This document shows positions 25,264 to 39,809 of a stretch of 64,000 nt of DNA, one piece after another. The position numbers and the translations under genes are program-made. Under the pieces are notes generated by a model. It had not been told where the DNA came from. It saw nothing but the letters and a program-made list of their open reading frames with translations, and did not search any database. Every line of letters starts with the position of its first letter. Within the stretch, counting starts at the first letter, position 1. The stretch comes from Paraspadella gotoi. Taxonomy: Eukaryota > Animalia > Chaetognatha. The stretch is taken from positions 2,971,213 through 3,035,212 of the forward strand of contig CM119270.1 in the NCBI GenBank assembly GCA_051294375.1, written 5' to 3'.

Positions 25264-25549
25264 NNNNNNNNNNNNNNNNNNNNNNNNNNNNNNNNNNNNN
25301 NNNNNNNNNNNNNNNNNNNNNNNNNNNNNNNNNNNNNNNNNNNNNNNNNNNNNNNNNNNNNNNNNNNNNNNNNNNNNNNNNNNNNNNNNNNNNNNNNNNN
25401 NNNNNNNNNTCTCTCTCTCTCTCTCTCTCTCTCTCCCTTTTTTTATAGTGTTTCTTACGGATTGAAACCAAATCCTTCTATTTACGTAAGAAAAATCTGT
25501 ATGGGATCCAGAATTAGGAGAGTGTAGATTTTCTTCTCGAGCCCTTCTT

Positions 25550-25840
25550 GGCCTTATTTTCCCAGAACGCCCCGTTTCATCTTTAATTCGGAATTAGGTC
25601 AAAAATTGTTTGGAAATGAGGGTTAGGGATTAGGTTAAAAAGTAGGTTAGGAAATAAGGTTAATAGTTAGGGTTAGGTTCGGGATCTAGGGTTGAGGCTA
25701 AAAATTACAAATAAGGGTTCAAGATTATACTAGGGTTAGGAATTAAGATTAAGAATTAGGGCTAGGGATTGAGTAAAAAAGTTAAAAATTTATTTAGGAG
25801 ATAAAGGAACAGAAACGGGACGATTTTGGGAAAGAGAGCC
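25550..25840. mobile_element. MITE with GGC...GCC TIRs and a degenerate TTAGGG-like interior
   Basis: Left end ggccttattttcccagaacgccccgtttc versus the reverse complement of the right end, ggctctctttcccaaaatcgtcccgtttc. Interior contains tagggttaggg-like repeats. Confidence 0.7.
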
Positions 25841-26159
25841 ATTTTCTTTTGGGTTTTGAAAAAAAAAAAAAAACCTTCGATCGCTTAGTTTTCCCTTTTT
25901 TTAATTTTTCTTTTTTTTTTCTTATTTAGCAGTTTTTGTTTTTTTCTTTTTTTTATCTTTCTTTTTTTTAGTTTTGTTCCGATTGTTTACTGTTAAGATT
26001 CAGTTGTTGAACTTTTCCCTCGCGTGTTCTGTCCGGGGACATTGAGCGATGAGCATTAAGTATAAAGAACATGGAATTAAGTATTTTCACAATGCTGCAT
26101 CGAGTATTTCCAAGTTAAATTCGTTATCTTGAATTGGTTTTATTTCTTTCGCCTTACCA

Positions 26160-26403
26160 TAACCCAATCCCAAACCCAAACCCAAACCTNNNNNNNNNNN
26201 NNNNNNNNNNNNNNNNNNNNNNNNNNNNNNNNNNNNNNNNNNNNNNNNNNNNNNNNNNNNNNNNNNNNNNNNNNNNNNNNNNNNNNNNNNNNNNNNNNNN
26301 NNNNNNNNNNNNNNNNNNNNNNNNNNNNNNNNNNNNNNNNCCAAACCCAAACCCAAACCCAAACCCAAACCCAAATCCAAACCCAAAACCAAACCCAAAC
26401 CCA
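26160..26403. repeat. (CCCAAA)n hexamer repeat spanning a gap
   Basis: Direct reading. Confidence 0.9.
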
Positions 26404-26583
26404 TCCTGTAATGTCGACCCTCGAAATAAAATGATTCTCACGAGTTTCATTTTCTGTTTTTTTTCCAAATTTAGTTTTTTTTTTCTTTTTCCCAAACTCA
26501 TCTAATTTTTTTTCCTTAATTCCCTCTTTTCTTTTTCTTCTCTTAATCTCCTTTCTTCTTCTCTTTTCTTTCTCTTCTCTTAA

Positions 26584-27453
26584 GGGGACCCAGTGATAAA
26601 AATGATATCATAAGCTTAAGGGTCTATCATCAAAGGAATTTGAATGGTGATAGTCATTAATTTTTCTTTGCATGGGAAAGTGGCAAAAAAATTCTTATCT
26701 CTTATTGTAGCGGAAACAAAAATTTAATAATTATGAAAAAAAATTTAGTTGACCCTACCTAAATATTTATATAATCAATTATTTTATTTTTGTATTAGAA
26801 AGTATTTTTTACTAAATTCCAAATTTTTATTTTTTACTGTACAAAGCTACAATTTTAGGTTTAAGCCTTATTGAACAAAAGCTTTACAAGACTAATATTT
26901 TTTTATTTTTTAAATTTACTTAAAAGCAGAACAATCAAACCTAAATTCTATTCTTACAGAAACAAAACTGTAATAATTATTAATTAATATTCATATTCAT
27001 CCTTTAAATGTATTATTAAACTATATTAATTCCTAATTATAAAATTAAAAATTACAGAATCTTTTCTCTTCTTTTTATATTTATTATTACTTTAAAGAGT
27101 TTTATTTTCATCCAATTAACAGAATCATTTGAAAAGAAAGTTTAAATAAAATCAGTCGATACCTTAAATTTTGATTCATTCCTAGTTTTTTTTTCTTATA
27201 AATTTTTGTGATAAAAGCTGAAAATCTTTTTAAAATTAGATCTTACCCTTTTTTGGAAAAAAAAATTTAAACTTGAAAAAAGATTTTCTTCTTACCAGAT
27301 TTTTTAAAGAAAATTAAGCTCGCTGATTTTATCGAATTTTTTAACTACTTTCCAAATGATTATAGTAAAAAAATTATATGATCAGAACCAGCTTAAGTTA
27401 AAGGGTCAAACGTTATGTTTTCAGCTTTTTACCCCCCTGTTCACTTGGTCCCC
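26584..27453. mobile_element. Kolobok-like non-autonomous DNA transposon
   Basis: TTAA|GGGGACCCAGTGA ... TCACTTGGTCCCC|TTAA: 13-bp TIR with one mismatch, TTAA TSD and GG..CC termini (piggyBac has CC..GG). Confidence 0.75.
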
Positions 27454-28051
27454 TTAATCTCCTTTCTTCTTCTCTTTTCTTTCCAAAATCAAACTAACGA
27501 ATCAACTTCCGCAAAAAAAATACTTTAAAATAAAATCTCATAACTTCCATTTTCGTCTCTGTATTTTGAAAATTTTGTATTTACCTGTACTCCCTTCTCC
27601 TCTCTCTCTCCCTCTCCCTCTCCCTCTCCCTCTCTCCCCCTCTCTCTCTCCCTCTCTCCCCCTCTCCCTCTCCTCCTCCTCACTCAGTGACGACTAAAAA
27701 AAAAGTAAAAAAAAAATATTTTCTTAAAATTAATTCCGACGAAAAAAAATTATTTAAAAGAAAAAAAAAGATTCTTAGAAAATTTAATTTTTGAAATAGT
27801 ATATTTGGCCTCGCAGTTTCGTCGTCGTGATTTTCGACGAAATTCACATTAAGTGGTTTTTTGGGGAATTTTTTTTTTTTTTATTTCAAATCTTTTTACA
27901 TCAATTTGAGTCTTTTTTTTTTAAAGTGAATTTAAAAAGACTTTTTTTTGCTTAACTAGTTGTGACTAGAGCAGAACTCGTGGAAAGATTTATTTAAAAT
28001 TCGGTTGTTGGTTAAATGCAAACGATCGAATTATTTTTATAAAACTTAAAG

Positions 28052-28370
28052 ACAATACAACACAATACAACACAACACAATACAACACAACACAATACAA
28101 CACAATATATTACAACACAACACAACACAATATAACACAATATAACACAATACAACACAATACAATACAATACAACAGAATACAATACAATAAAACAACA
28201 CAACACAATACAATACCATACAACACAATACAATACAACGCAACACAATACAACACAATACAACACAATACAATACAACACAATACAATACAATAAAATT
28301 CAACACAATACAATACAATACAATTTAACACAATACAATACAATACAACACAATACAACACAATACAACA
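28052..28370. repeat. (CAATA/CAACA)n pentanucleotide repeat
   Basis: Direct reading. Confidence 0.95.
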
Positions 28371-28511
28371 CTGTACAAAAAAACATCCAAATTTGTTGTT
28401 TTTTTCGTTTGTTTACATAATTTTTCTGCAAAAAAAAATAATATGGAAATTTTGGTGCCAACGTCACTCTTCGGTGAATGAACAAAAACGAGAGAGAGAG
28501 AGAGAGAGAGA

Positions 28512-28610
<99 letters not shown>

Positions 28611-28964
28611 ATGAATGAGTGGCGACAAAAATTGAAAACATGCCCATAATAATTTTTATAGATAAAGGCAAAGCTAACTTTCCTTCTTTCTAAAAGCATT
28701 TTAAATATAGTTTTTCTGTCTTCCTATAGTACTTTTGTTTTTTATATTTTTTTTTATGTTCGATATTTTTAAATTTTCGATTTTTAAATCAACCTCCTCC
28801 AATAATTTCAACTACAACAAAGATGTCGCTGTCAGACATATTTTTCCCCATTTTTTTTTATCTTTTAGTGATTCTGCTTCCTTGTTCTTTCGCCTTTTCT
28901 CTCTTAGTTGTTTCTCTTACTGATCCTGAGTTTGTCGCTTTCTTTGTCTCAGCTAAAGACCTAT

Positions 28965-29020
<56 letters not shown>

Positions 29021-29932
29021 GTTTACGGGATTCGAACTCAAGACCTCCCGCTAACGATGCAGCATCGCGTCCGTCGTTGAAAGAAAAAGTAAAAGAAGAA
29101 AAAGAAAAAAAGAAAATTAAAAAAAAAAGAAAAAAGTGAAAAAAGGAGAGAAAAAAAAAGTGGAAAGTAGAGATTGAATGTCGCTTCGTCGTCCGCACGC
29201 GACATCATCGATCCAGTCTCTTTCCTTCTCTCCTTTTCTTTCCTTCTTTTCTTCTTTCCTTCTCTCCTTTTCTTTCCTTCCTACTTGGCTTTGGGCTTTT
29301 CTTTCCTTCTTTTCTTCTTTCCTTCTCTGCTTTTCTTTCCTTCCTTTCTTCTTTCCTTCTCTGCTTTTCTTTCCTTCTTTTCTTCTTTCCTTCTCTCCTT
29401 TTCTTTCCTTCTTTTCTTCTTTCCTTCTCTGCATTTCTTTCCTTCCTACTTGGCTTTGGCCTTTTCTTTCCTTGTTTTTTTCTTTCTTTCTTTCTTTCTT
29501 TTCTTCCTTCCTCCTGTTTTTACCGTTGGGCTTTTCTTTACTTCTTTCTCTCTTTTTCTCTCTTTCTTTCTTTTTTTCTTTCTTGATTTCCTTCTTTCTC
29601 TCTTTCTTTCTTTATTTATTTCTTTCTTTCTGTCATTCTTTCTTACTTTCTATCTTTCTTTCTTTTTCTTCTTTGTTTTTATTCGATTTATATCTTTTTT
29701 TCAATCTTTATTTTCTTTCTTTCATTCTCTTTACTATTTTTAATCTTTTATCTTTTTCGTATTTTGAACATTTTCGTGTTCGCAAACTTTCCTGTTTGTT
29801 TTCATTCATCTTTTGTTTGTTTTTCTTTAGTTTTTTTTTCTATACTTTTTAATTTTTCCTCTTTGTTTCTCTCTCTCTTCTCTTCTCCCGCCTCTTAATT
29901 TCTGAATTGATTCTTCTAAGAAATCGATTTGA

Positions 29933-30012
<80 letters not shown>

Positions 30013-31367
30013 CGAAAAGATTAACTTTCTAATGCAGGCAGAGGGGGAGAGAGAGAGAGAGAGAGAGAGGTAGCCCCATTCTTCAATTTCTCATAAAACG
30101 GGCCTGTCAAAGGAAAAGTTTCATTTTTGTCTCATCTCTTCTTCTATTTTCGTTTATTTTCTTTCTCTTTCTTTTCTTCTCATGACTTTGAAAAGCTCAT
30201 TTGAATTTTTTTTATTCAAAATATTTTTTCATTTAAATATACATGCACTAAGATAACTTTAAAAATCCAAGAAATGAAACTATTTTACTTCGCGAAGCAA
30301 TGTTTTGAAATGAGATAGACGATCCAAGAACTTTAACATCATATTTAAAAAACATTTCATTCGTCAAAAAAATGTTATAATTAAAAAATTTCGATAGTCT
30401 ATGCTAAAGTTCACAATTCTCATCCTCCAAATATCTAAATATCAATTCAAATCTCCAAATCTTAATCTAAATCTGAAAATCTCAATCCAAATCTCCAAAT
30501 CTCAATCCAACTCTCAAAATCGAAATCCAAATCTCTATATCCCAATCCAAATCTCGAAAGCTCAATCCAACTCTCAAAATCCAAATCCAAATCTCCAAAT
30601 CCCAATCGAAATTCTATAAATCTCAGTCCAAATTTCCAAAAATCTCAATCCCCTTAATCTCTTCCAACTCTATCCGCCGATTTTCCATTTTTCGTCTCTA
30701 AGATTCTACTTTCGTTTTTATCAAATTAACGCCAAAGATGATCTCGCTGATCATCTTTATCGTCGTCGTCTTCGTCGTCGTCGTCGTCGTCGTCTTCGTC
30801 GTTGTCACATGCTTTTGTCCATTTTTTTTAGGAAAACAATTAAAATTCCGTCGCTTTCGACTTCGAAAGGGACACATTCTTTTTTCTGAAAGTGACGTCA
30901 ACCATCGCCTCGGCTATGTTTCTCTCTCTCTTCTCTCTCTCTCTCATCTCTCTCTCTCTCTCTCACTCTCTCCTATCTCCTCGTCCTCTCATCTCTCTCG
31001 TCTCTCTCATCAGTTTCAACCAGTCCTTCCCCTTTTTTTTTCTAGCATCCTTGTCATTTTTCCTTTCAGACTCTTTTTTTCACATTGCAACGGCGTCACT
31101 GAATTGATTGAACGCAAGATTGATTCGCTTCCCCCCTCCGCCACCTACCGCCCCCCTACGCCACCCCGTCCCCACTCTCTCACTGTCCATGTGTCAGTGG
31201 GTCCGTTTTTACGGCGTATCGAATGTCCATTTCTTGTGCCAAGGAGAAGAGAGTCATCGGGTGAGGTTAGAGGGTAAGTTCTACGGAGTTTCGTTTGGAA
31301 TTCTTGGAGAGTGACCCGGAGCATGTTACATGGTCATAATTCTCGCCGATTTCTGATCCTTTTCTGG

Positions 31368-31491
<124 letters not shown>

Positions 31492-31851
31492 TCGTTATTA
31501 CGTCTTTGCCCTCAAGACTTCAATAATTAGGAATAAAAGAGAATAAAGTTGAGGGAAAAGAAAAAGAAAATAAAAGATAAAAAAAAGACGAACTTTTTCG
31601 ACCTTAGAAATTTGATCCGGAAATGGACTCCTCCGCCGATGAGACTGTAACGAATCCGGCGAGACTCGAGCGTGACGGAACTGAGCTCTATCGAATATTC
31701 TGCTCGATCCGAAACGTAACAGTTTCATTACTACTCGATAGTTACGGAATTGGGATGAAGGAGATGAATTAGGAGGCGGCGGATGCGCTTGACCCTGGAC
31801 ACGAGATCGTTTGACACCCGGACACCAAGAGTTAAGAAAGGTGGAAAAGTA

Positions 31852-32332
31852 AAACATATTTTCCAAAATTGGCCCATTTCAGCTTATATTCGGAATCATT
31901 TTTTTTTTTAAGTTTAAAGATTAGGTTATGAATCTTGGTTAGGGGTTAGGGGTTGGTAAGGGCTTGGTTAAAGATTTTGGTTAGGGGTTAGATTCTAAGG
32001 GCTTGGTTGAAGATTTTTGTTAGGCGTTAGATTCAAAGGGCTTGGCTATAGATTTTGGTTAGGGGTTAGATTCTAAGGGCTTGGTTATAGATTTTGGTTA
32101 AGGATTAGAGTTAAGGATTAAGGTTAGAAATTAGTGTTCAAGATTAGTATTGCATGTTAAGAGGATAAGTTTAAGGATTTGGTTTAAGAATTAGGCATCA
32201 GTGTTAAGGATTAAGGGTTAATAAAAATATTAAGTTAAGTATGTATTTTATAAATGATTAGGGTTAAATATTTAAATTACAATTAGGTTCAGGCATTACA
32301 AACAGACATAGTCGTTTTCGGAAAATAGCGCC
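31852..32332. mobile_element. MITE of the TTAGGG-interior family with internal ~40-bp tandem units. Further copies or remnants at 1-121, 43631-43882 and 47660-47850.
   Basis: Right end gtcgttttcggaaaatagcgcc and left end atattttccaaaattggcccatttc; interior ttggttaggggttagattctaagggc repeats. Confidence 0.6.
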
Positions 32333-33333
32333 GTTAAGAAGGGGTTGATAAGGGGGTGGGAAAAGGGGAGGGAATCGGGGCACGAAAGAAGGGAATAAAA
32401 TGAGTTTGATTAAAGGTGTAATCAAATATTTTCAACTCATTTCTTTCATACGTTATTGTATAGGCATTCTCTACCTTAGCTTAGTCTTAGGTATATTAAA
32501 TTTTAATTTACAGAAAGTTTCATTTGGTATTAGGTTTTTATAGTCGGCTTGGAAATGTTAATTTGTTAAAATGTTTTCTATTCAAAGTAGAAATATAATC
32601 TACTTTAGTCGAGCATGATACAAGGAAAAACATTTTGTTTACATGAAAACATCTACAAAACAGAAAAAAAAAATATCTTTAACCATTTCATTTGCTTTTC
32701 GTTCTTGGTATATTCTTGTTTTACTTTCTTAATTTTGTTAGTTTTTGTTCTTTTGTTGACGTTTTCGAATTTGCAAAAAAAACCGGAAGAGATACAAACG
32801 TCCGAACGGGGGGTCGTTGACCGTACGGATGGCGGACGGAAAGTTCGGAAGGTGACTGCACGATCAAGGTCGATGACCGAACGCGGCTGACAGTCGTCAG
32901 CTTTGATTTCAATTTATATTTTTTGATTAAGCTACGTAGTATGTAGGGCATTGTACAGCTATCCGACAGTGTCCGTGTCTGTATATTTCGATCGCCTCCT
33001 GATTGTATAATTTATTGATGTCACAAAATCTTGGCTGATGAATCAGAGTTGATGTCTCAAAATCTTTTACTATAATAGTGTGTCTATGTTACAAAATCTT
33101 CTATGATAAAATATCGGGTGATAAAACATAGTCATTTTCGCATAATGATGTTAATGTTGACTTCATAAAATCTTCTATGATAAAGCAGCGTTGATGTCAC
33201 AAAATCTTCAATGGTGAAACTGTGTTGATGTCACTGAATCTTCGGTGATAAAAAAGGAATGAGGACAATAACCAGAAATGGGAGTCGATCGGGTGTTAGA
33301 TCCAGTCGGGATATGCGACTCTGTCGTGTTAGC

Positions 33334-33371
<38 letters not shown>

Positions 33372-36300
33372 NNNNNNNNNNNNNNNNNNNNNNNNNAGAG
33401 AGATGAGAGAGGAAGAGAGATGAGAGAGAAGAGAGAGAGAGGAGAGAGGGAGGAGGAGAGAGAGAGTAGAGGAAGTAGGAGTGAGAGAGAGAGAGAGAGA
33501 GAGGAGAGAGGCAAAGAGGTGAGATGGAAGAAAGAGACAGTCCGGAGATTCTCCCTCTGGTGGAATTTCGGCTTCGTTTCGGAAACAAGAGAACATCTTT
33601 TGTTGATGCAAGAATGTGGGTTGGGCTCAGATGGGAAGGAGGATGGGTTAGATGGGGTTAGATGGGGTTAGATGAGGTTAGAAAGTGCCGGGAAAAAAGA
33701 GAAAGGGAGTGAGAACTTAGTCTCGANNNNNNNNNNNNNNNNNNNNNNNNNNNNNNNNNNNNNNNNNNNNNNNNNNNNNNNNNNNNNNNNNNNNNNNNNN
33801 NNNNNNNNNNNNNNNNNNNNNNNNNNNNNNNNNNNNNNNNNNNNNNNNNNNNNNNNNNNNNNNNNNNNNNNNNNNNNNNNNNNNNNNNNNNNNNNNNNNN
33901 NNNNNNNNNNNNNNNNNNNNNNNNNNNNNNNNNNNNAGAGAGAGAGAGAGAGAGAGAGAGACTCTCTTTAAGTGGCTCATTGTGATCTCCTTGGAGGGTC
34001 ATGTGTGAGTCACGTGAGTAGAAAGTGAATCGAGGAATATTTACTTTCACTCAAAAAGAGANNNNNNNNNNNNNNNNNNNNNNNNNNNNNNNNNNNNNNN
34101 NNNNNNNNNNNNNNNNNNNNNNNNNNNNNNNNNNNNNNNNNNNNNNNNNNNNNNNNNNNNNNNNNNNNNNNNNNNNNNNNNNNNNNNNNNNNNNNNNNNN
34201 NNNNNNNNNNNNNNNNNNNNNNNNNNNNNNNNNNNNNNNNNNNNNNNNNNNNNNNNNNNNNNNNNNNNNNNNNNNNNNNNNNNNNNNNNNNNNNNNNNNN
34301 NNNNNNNNNNAGGAGAGGGAGGAAGAGGAGAAGGAAGAGAAAGAGGAGGAGAGGGAGGAAGAGGAAAAGAAAGAGAAGGAGAGGGAGGAAGAGGAAGAGG
34401 AGGAAGAAGAATATTGGGCGGTGAAGATGAAGCGAGAAAATCGACTTCTGATTCTCGACTGATTTTTTGTGAAAGAAAGGACGCGGGGGGGGGAGACTTG
34501 GCGGTATAAGTAATAATTTTGATGAACTATAAAATTGGGACTAGTTCAAGACAAAATTTATCTATTCATTTAATAATTATAAGCTATCTCGCCCTTGACA
34601 TTAGACCGTTTGAGAAATAATAGTAAAATAAAAAAAAGTGAAAAATATTTATTTATTTTATTTGCAGAGAAATGTAAAAGGAAAGATAAATAAGAAAACG
34701 GTTGGAGAATAGCAAAATGTGGAATTGTTTACAAGTCGAGATTTATCTAATAATTTAAAAATCATTCTATATTTCAATAAATATTATACTGACTTTAGTC
34801 GGCGGTCATTCTCTGAACATGGCATAATATTTTTCAATGTCTTGAATACCATGTCCAAATTAAAGTAATCACTATGACGCCGTCTGCTCCAGTCTGCTCC
34901 AGTCTGCTCCAGTCTGCTCCAGCCTGCAAACTCCAGTCTCAAAAACCTACTTCGCACTTACTTCGCCTACCATCTACACTACGAAGCAGAAACAACATTT
35001 CACTTTCCAACTCAAGAAAAAAGAAAAAAAAGTTAGTTGACTTAAAAATCGACAAGTCTGACAAATTGGTTCCACCTTGGTCCCGATATTGACACGAGGT
35101 CTGCGCTAGGAAGACGACGACGACGACGACGACGAAGTAGAAGAAGAAGAAGAAAAAGACGACGACGACGACGACGACGANNNNNNNNNNNNNNNNNNNN
35201 NNNNNNNNNNNNNNNNNNNNNNNNNNNNNNNNNNNNNNNNNNNNNNNNNNNNNNNNNNNNNNNNNNNNNNNNNNNNNNNNNNNNNNNNNNNNNNNNNNNN
35301 NNNNNNNNNNNNNNNNNNNNNNNNNNNNNNNNNNNNNNNNNNNNNNNNNNNNNNNNNNNNNNNNNNNNNNNNNNNNNNNNNNNNNNNNNNNNNNNNNNNN
35401 NNNNNNNNNNNNNNNNNNNNNNNNNNNNNNNNNNNNNNNNNNNNNNNNNNNNNNNNNNNNNNNNNNNNNNNNNNNNNNNNNNNNNNNNNNNNNNNNNNNN
35501 NNNNNNNNNNNNNNNNNNNNNNNNNNNNNNNNNNNNNNNNNNNNNNNNNNNNNNNNNNNNNNNNNNNNNNNNNNNNNNNNNNNNNNNNNNNNNNNNNNNN
35601 NNNNNNNNNNNNNNNNNNNNNNNNNNNNNNNNNNNNNNNNNNNNNNNNNNNNNNNNNNNNNNNNNNNNNNNNNNNNNNNNNNNNNNNNNNNNNNNNNNNN
35701 NNNNNNNNNNNNNNNNNNNNNNNNNNNNNNNNNNNNNNNNNNNNNNNNNNNNNNNNNNNNNNNNNNNNNNNNNNNNNNNNNNNNNNNNNNNNNNNNNNNN
35801 NNNNNNNNNNNNNNNNNNNNNNNNNNNNNNNNNNNNNNNNNNNNNNNNNNNNNNNNNNNNNNNNNNNNNNNNNNNNNNNNNNNNNNNNNNNNNNNNNNNN
35901 NNNNNNNNNNNNNNNNNNNNNNNNNNNNNNNNNNNNNNNNNNNNNNNNNNNNNNNNNNNNNNNNNNNNNNNNNNNNNNNNNNNNNNNNNNNNNNTCTCTC
36001 TCTCTCTCTCTTAGGTCCTTAGCAAACTCTCCCAATATTAAGTTAACTAAACAAAACTATACTAAGCCATACTTCATCATTTAAACCAAATTTCTCTAAA
36101 TCTTTCGACTTTTCTCATTTTTTTTCTCAGTTGCCTAGAAATATTTTACTTCAACATTTTTTTTTCTTGACCGATCTGTCAAAGAAAATGACTTACCTCT
36201 TTCACTTACCCTCCCCGATTTGAGAACGAGAAGTCAATTTGCCCCGAACCATCTGTTTTTCTTTCGACTTTTCAAGAAGATAATTTTGTTCTGGAAATTG

Positions 36301-38939
36301 AAGATTTTCATTTGTCCTGTGGCGGGAAGGTGAAAGGGGTTGAGTGGGTAGCGCTGTGTACTTCTCAAGATCTAATATATTTAAAATCCTTTTTCCTCCC
36401 TCTTCTTTTTTTTCCTCTACCAAATCCTCCTTTCCTTTCCGGTCAACGGACTTCTCTCATTTTTAGCCTTTTTTTTTCCACCTTTTTATCTGCTCGAGTT
36501 TCCCACTTTTATTTCTTTCTTTTTTCTCTCTTTTCGTTCCTCTGATCTTATTTTCCACCAATTTTCTTTCGGTTTTCTTTTCCCCTCTTTTCCTCTTTCC
36601 TCTTTCTTCTTTCCTCCCTTTTCTCAATGACTGTCCTCTCCTTTCTTTTTCCTTCTAGGACGTTGGCTCCTCTCCTTTCCTCTACTAAGGTCATGTCATG
36701 TCATGTCCTTTTCCTCTTACCTTCTAGGCCCTTGTCTCCTATCCTTTCCTTCCTTTTCTCTACTAAGGTCATATCATGTCCTTTCCCCCTTACCTTCTAG
36801 GCCCTTATCTCCTCTCCTTTCCTCCCTTTCCTCCTCTCTTCTCCTTTCCTCCCTTTCCTCCATCTCTGTCATGTCCTCTCATTTCCGGCGACTCAATTGG
36901 ACCCCAAAGGAGGCATTTGACTTCCTCCTGGATTTTCTTCAAGACTTTTTCTTTTTTTTTCTATTCTTTTTTCTTTTTTTCCTTTTTCCTCTTCCTCCGT
37001 TTTTCTCTTCAAATTGTTTCTTTTCTTTTTCCACTCTTTTCTTTTTTTGCACTTTTCTCCTCCATCGTCGCCTCCTTTTGTTTCTCATTATTTCTCTTCA
37101 TCCTTCTCCGCTTTCCTCTCCTCCCATTAGCTTTCTTCAAATTTAATCTTCTTCTGTTTTTAAAGTTAGATTTCTATTTTCCTCTCTCTCTGCCTCTCTC
37201 TCTCTCTCTCTCTCTNNNNNNNNNNNNNNNNNNNNNNNNNNNNNNNNNNNNNNNNNNNNNNNNNNNNNNNNNNNNNNNNNNNNNNNNNNNNNNNNNNNNN
37301 NNNNNNNNNNNNNNNNNNNNNNNNNNNNNNNNNNNNNNNNNNNNNNNNNNNNNNNNNNNNNNNNNNNNNNNNNNNNNNNNNNNNNNNNNNNNNNNNNNNN
37401 NNNNNNNNNNNNNNNNNNNNNNNNNNNNNNNNNNNNNNNNNNNNNNNNNNNNNNNNNNNNNNNNNNNNNNNNNNNNNNNNGCCACTGTCTCGACCATGAA
37501 TAGGCCAGCCGCGGTGACCCAGTGAGGACAACTCGGCGGCGGAGTAAGTTCGCTCTCTCTCCGCGGGTTTTCGCTGAGACGAAAATGACTCCTCCTCCTC
37601 ATTTACCGCCTTCGCTCCTTTTCCGCGGTTCATTCGGGAGACTTNNNNNNNNNNNNNNNNNNNNNNNNNNNNNNNNNNNNNNNNNNNNNNNNNNNNNNNN
37701 NNNNNNNNNNNNNNNNNNNNNNNNNNNNNNNNNNNNNNNNNNNNNNNNNNNNNNNNNNNNNNNNNNNNNNNNNNNNNNNNNNNNNNNNNNNNNNNNNNNN
37801 NNNNNNNNNNNNNNNNNNNNNNNNNNNNNNNNNNNNNNNNNNNNNNNNNNNNNNNNNNNNNNNNNNNNNNNNNNNNNNNNNNNNNNNNNNNNNNNNNNNN
37901 NNNNNNNNNNNNNNNNNNNNNNNNNNNNNNNNNNNNNNNNNNNNNNNNNNNNNNNNNNNNNNNNNNNNNNNNNNNNNNNNNNNNNNNNNNNNNNNNNNNN
38001 NNNNNNNNNNNNNNNNNNNNNNNNNNNNNNNNNNNNNNNNNNNNNNNNNNNNNNNNNNNNNNNNNNNNNNNNNNNNNNNNNNNNNNNNNNNNNNNNNNNN
38101 NNNNNNNNNNNNNNNNNNNNNNNNNNNNNNNNNNNNNNNNNNNNNNNNNNNNNNNNNNNNNNNNNNNNNNNNNNNNNNNNNNNNNNNNNNNNNNNNNNNN
38201 NNNNNNNNNNNNNNNNNNNNNNNNNNNNNNNNNNNNNNNNNNNNNNNNNNNNNNNNNNNNNNNNNNNNNNNNNNCCCGGATATTCTTGCGAATTTTCTCT
38301 TTCTTCATCAATATTCCGAGTCCTTTATAAAATGGCTTTATTAGGCATTTAGTTATATGACTTTTTTTGTCTACGTTGGGACTAGTTATCTATTTTTTTT
38401 GTTAAAAACTTCGGCTCGCAGATTTTACTAAAAATTTTGGTTTGATATCATCATTATTAATATATATTTTTCTATTTGTACATTGTCTGTAGTATAATCT
38501 ATGCAACGGAAATCTTGAAAGAAAGCTGATGTCAGTTATGAAGGTATGGTTTTGGTAATTTTATGTATAGATATAATAATGTTTGTAGATTGGTCTTCTT
38601 TATTCTGAGTGCTGTCTTCTAAAGAGGAATCCCCTTCCCCAAATTTTCCTCGGAGGAGGCATTAGACTCCTTCCAAGATTTCTCTTCGTGTCACTCAAAT
38701 TAATCCTGGTTTTGGCGCCTTCTTTCTCGGACAAGAGCGATGGAGGGAGACTGGAGATTAAAGGGAGGATTAGAGAAAAGATGGGAAGATTAAACAGAGA
38801 TGAGGAGATTATCGAAGGAAGACTAAGGAGATTAAAGACAAATGGGCAGATTAAAGCAAGTAGAGGAGAGTTAAGAGATAAGCGGAGATCAAAGATAAAA
38901 AAGAGACTGAGATTATGAAAAAAATGGAAGATTAAAGAA

Positions 38940-38974
<35 letters not shown>

Positions 38975-39809
38975 NNNNNNNNNNNNNNNNNNNNNNNNNN
39001 NNNNNNNNNNNNNNNNNNNNNNNNNNNNNNNNNNNNNNNNNNNNNNNNNNNNNNNNNNNNNNNNNNNNNNNNNNNNNNNNNNNNNNNNNNNNNNNNNNNN
39101 NNNNNNNNNNNNNNNNNNNNNNNNNNNNNNNNNNNNNNNNNNNNNNNNNNNNNNNNNNNNNNNNNNNNNNNNNNNNNNNNNNNNNNNNNNNNNNNNNNNN
39201 NNNNNNNNNNNNNNNNNNNNNNNNNNNNNNNNNNNNNNNNNNNGAGAGAGAGACAGAGAGAATAGATAATCGAAGTGATTGATTGAGTGATTCAATCAAT
39301 AAAAATCCCTTCAATTAAACTAAATTTAATATAAACAGATTTGACGGACCGAATTTTAATCTCGAAGCCAAAAAAAAAAACGCATTAATCCTTCTTTTCT
39401 TTTTTTCGCTCAATCAACGAAGCGACGGAGTGAGAGGCTGAACCGCGTGACAAGAGGGCGTGGCAGCGTTGCAAGACGGAGAGAGCATCACCGTGGCAAG
39501 AATCAAGAACTCGAGCTCACTTTGTCTTACGAAAGTGGAAGAAACTGAATCTCGAAAGATTGTGGCTTCGACATCGATACGCCACTTGACTTACAGCATG
39601 ACACTCAAGAGTGACACACCGCATGACACTCAGCGTGACACTCAGCGTGACAAATCATTCGACGACTATTACTTTTAGTCTTTTTTTAATTAATTTTATT
39701 TATAAGCTAATCTTCTAAGATCCTCAACCCTCAAGTGTCCATCCATCCATCCATCCATCCAACTTCAATCAAACGAGACATTTTGAAATGTAACTCCCTC
39801 TGACCCAGA

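Noticed and set aside
25620-25770. True telomere or chromosome-fusion site
   Set aside because: Repeats are short, degenerate and enclosed by MITE TIRs.
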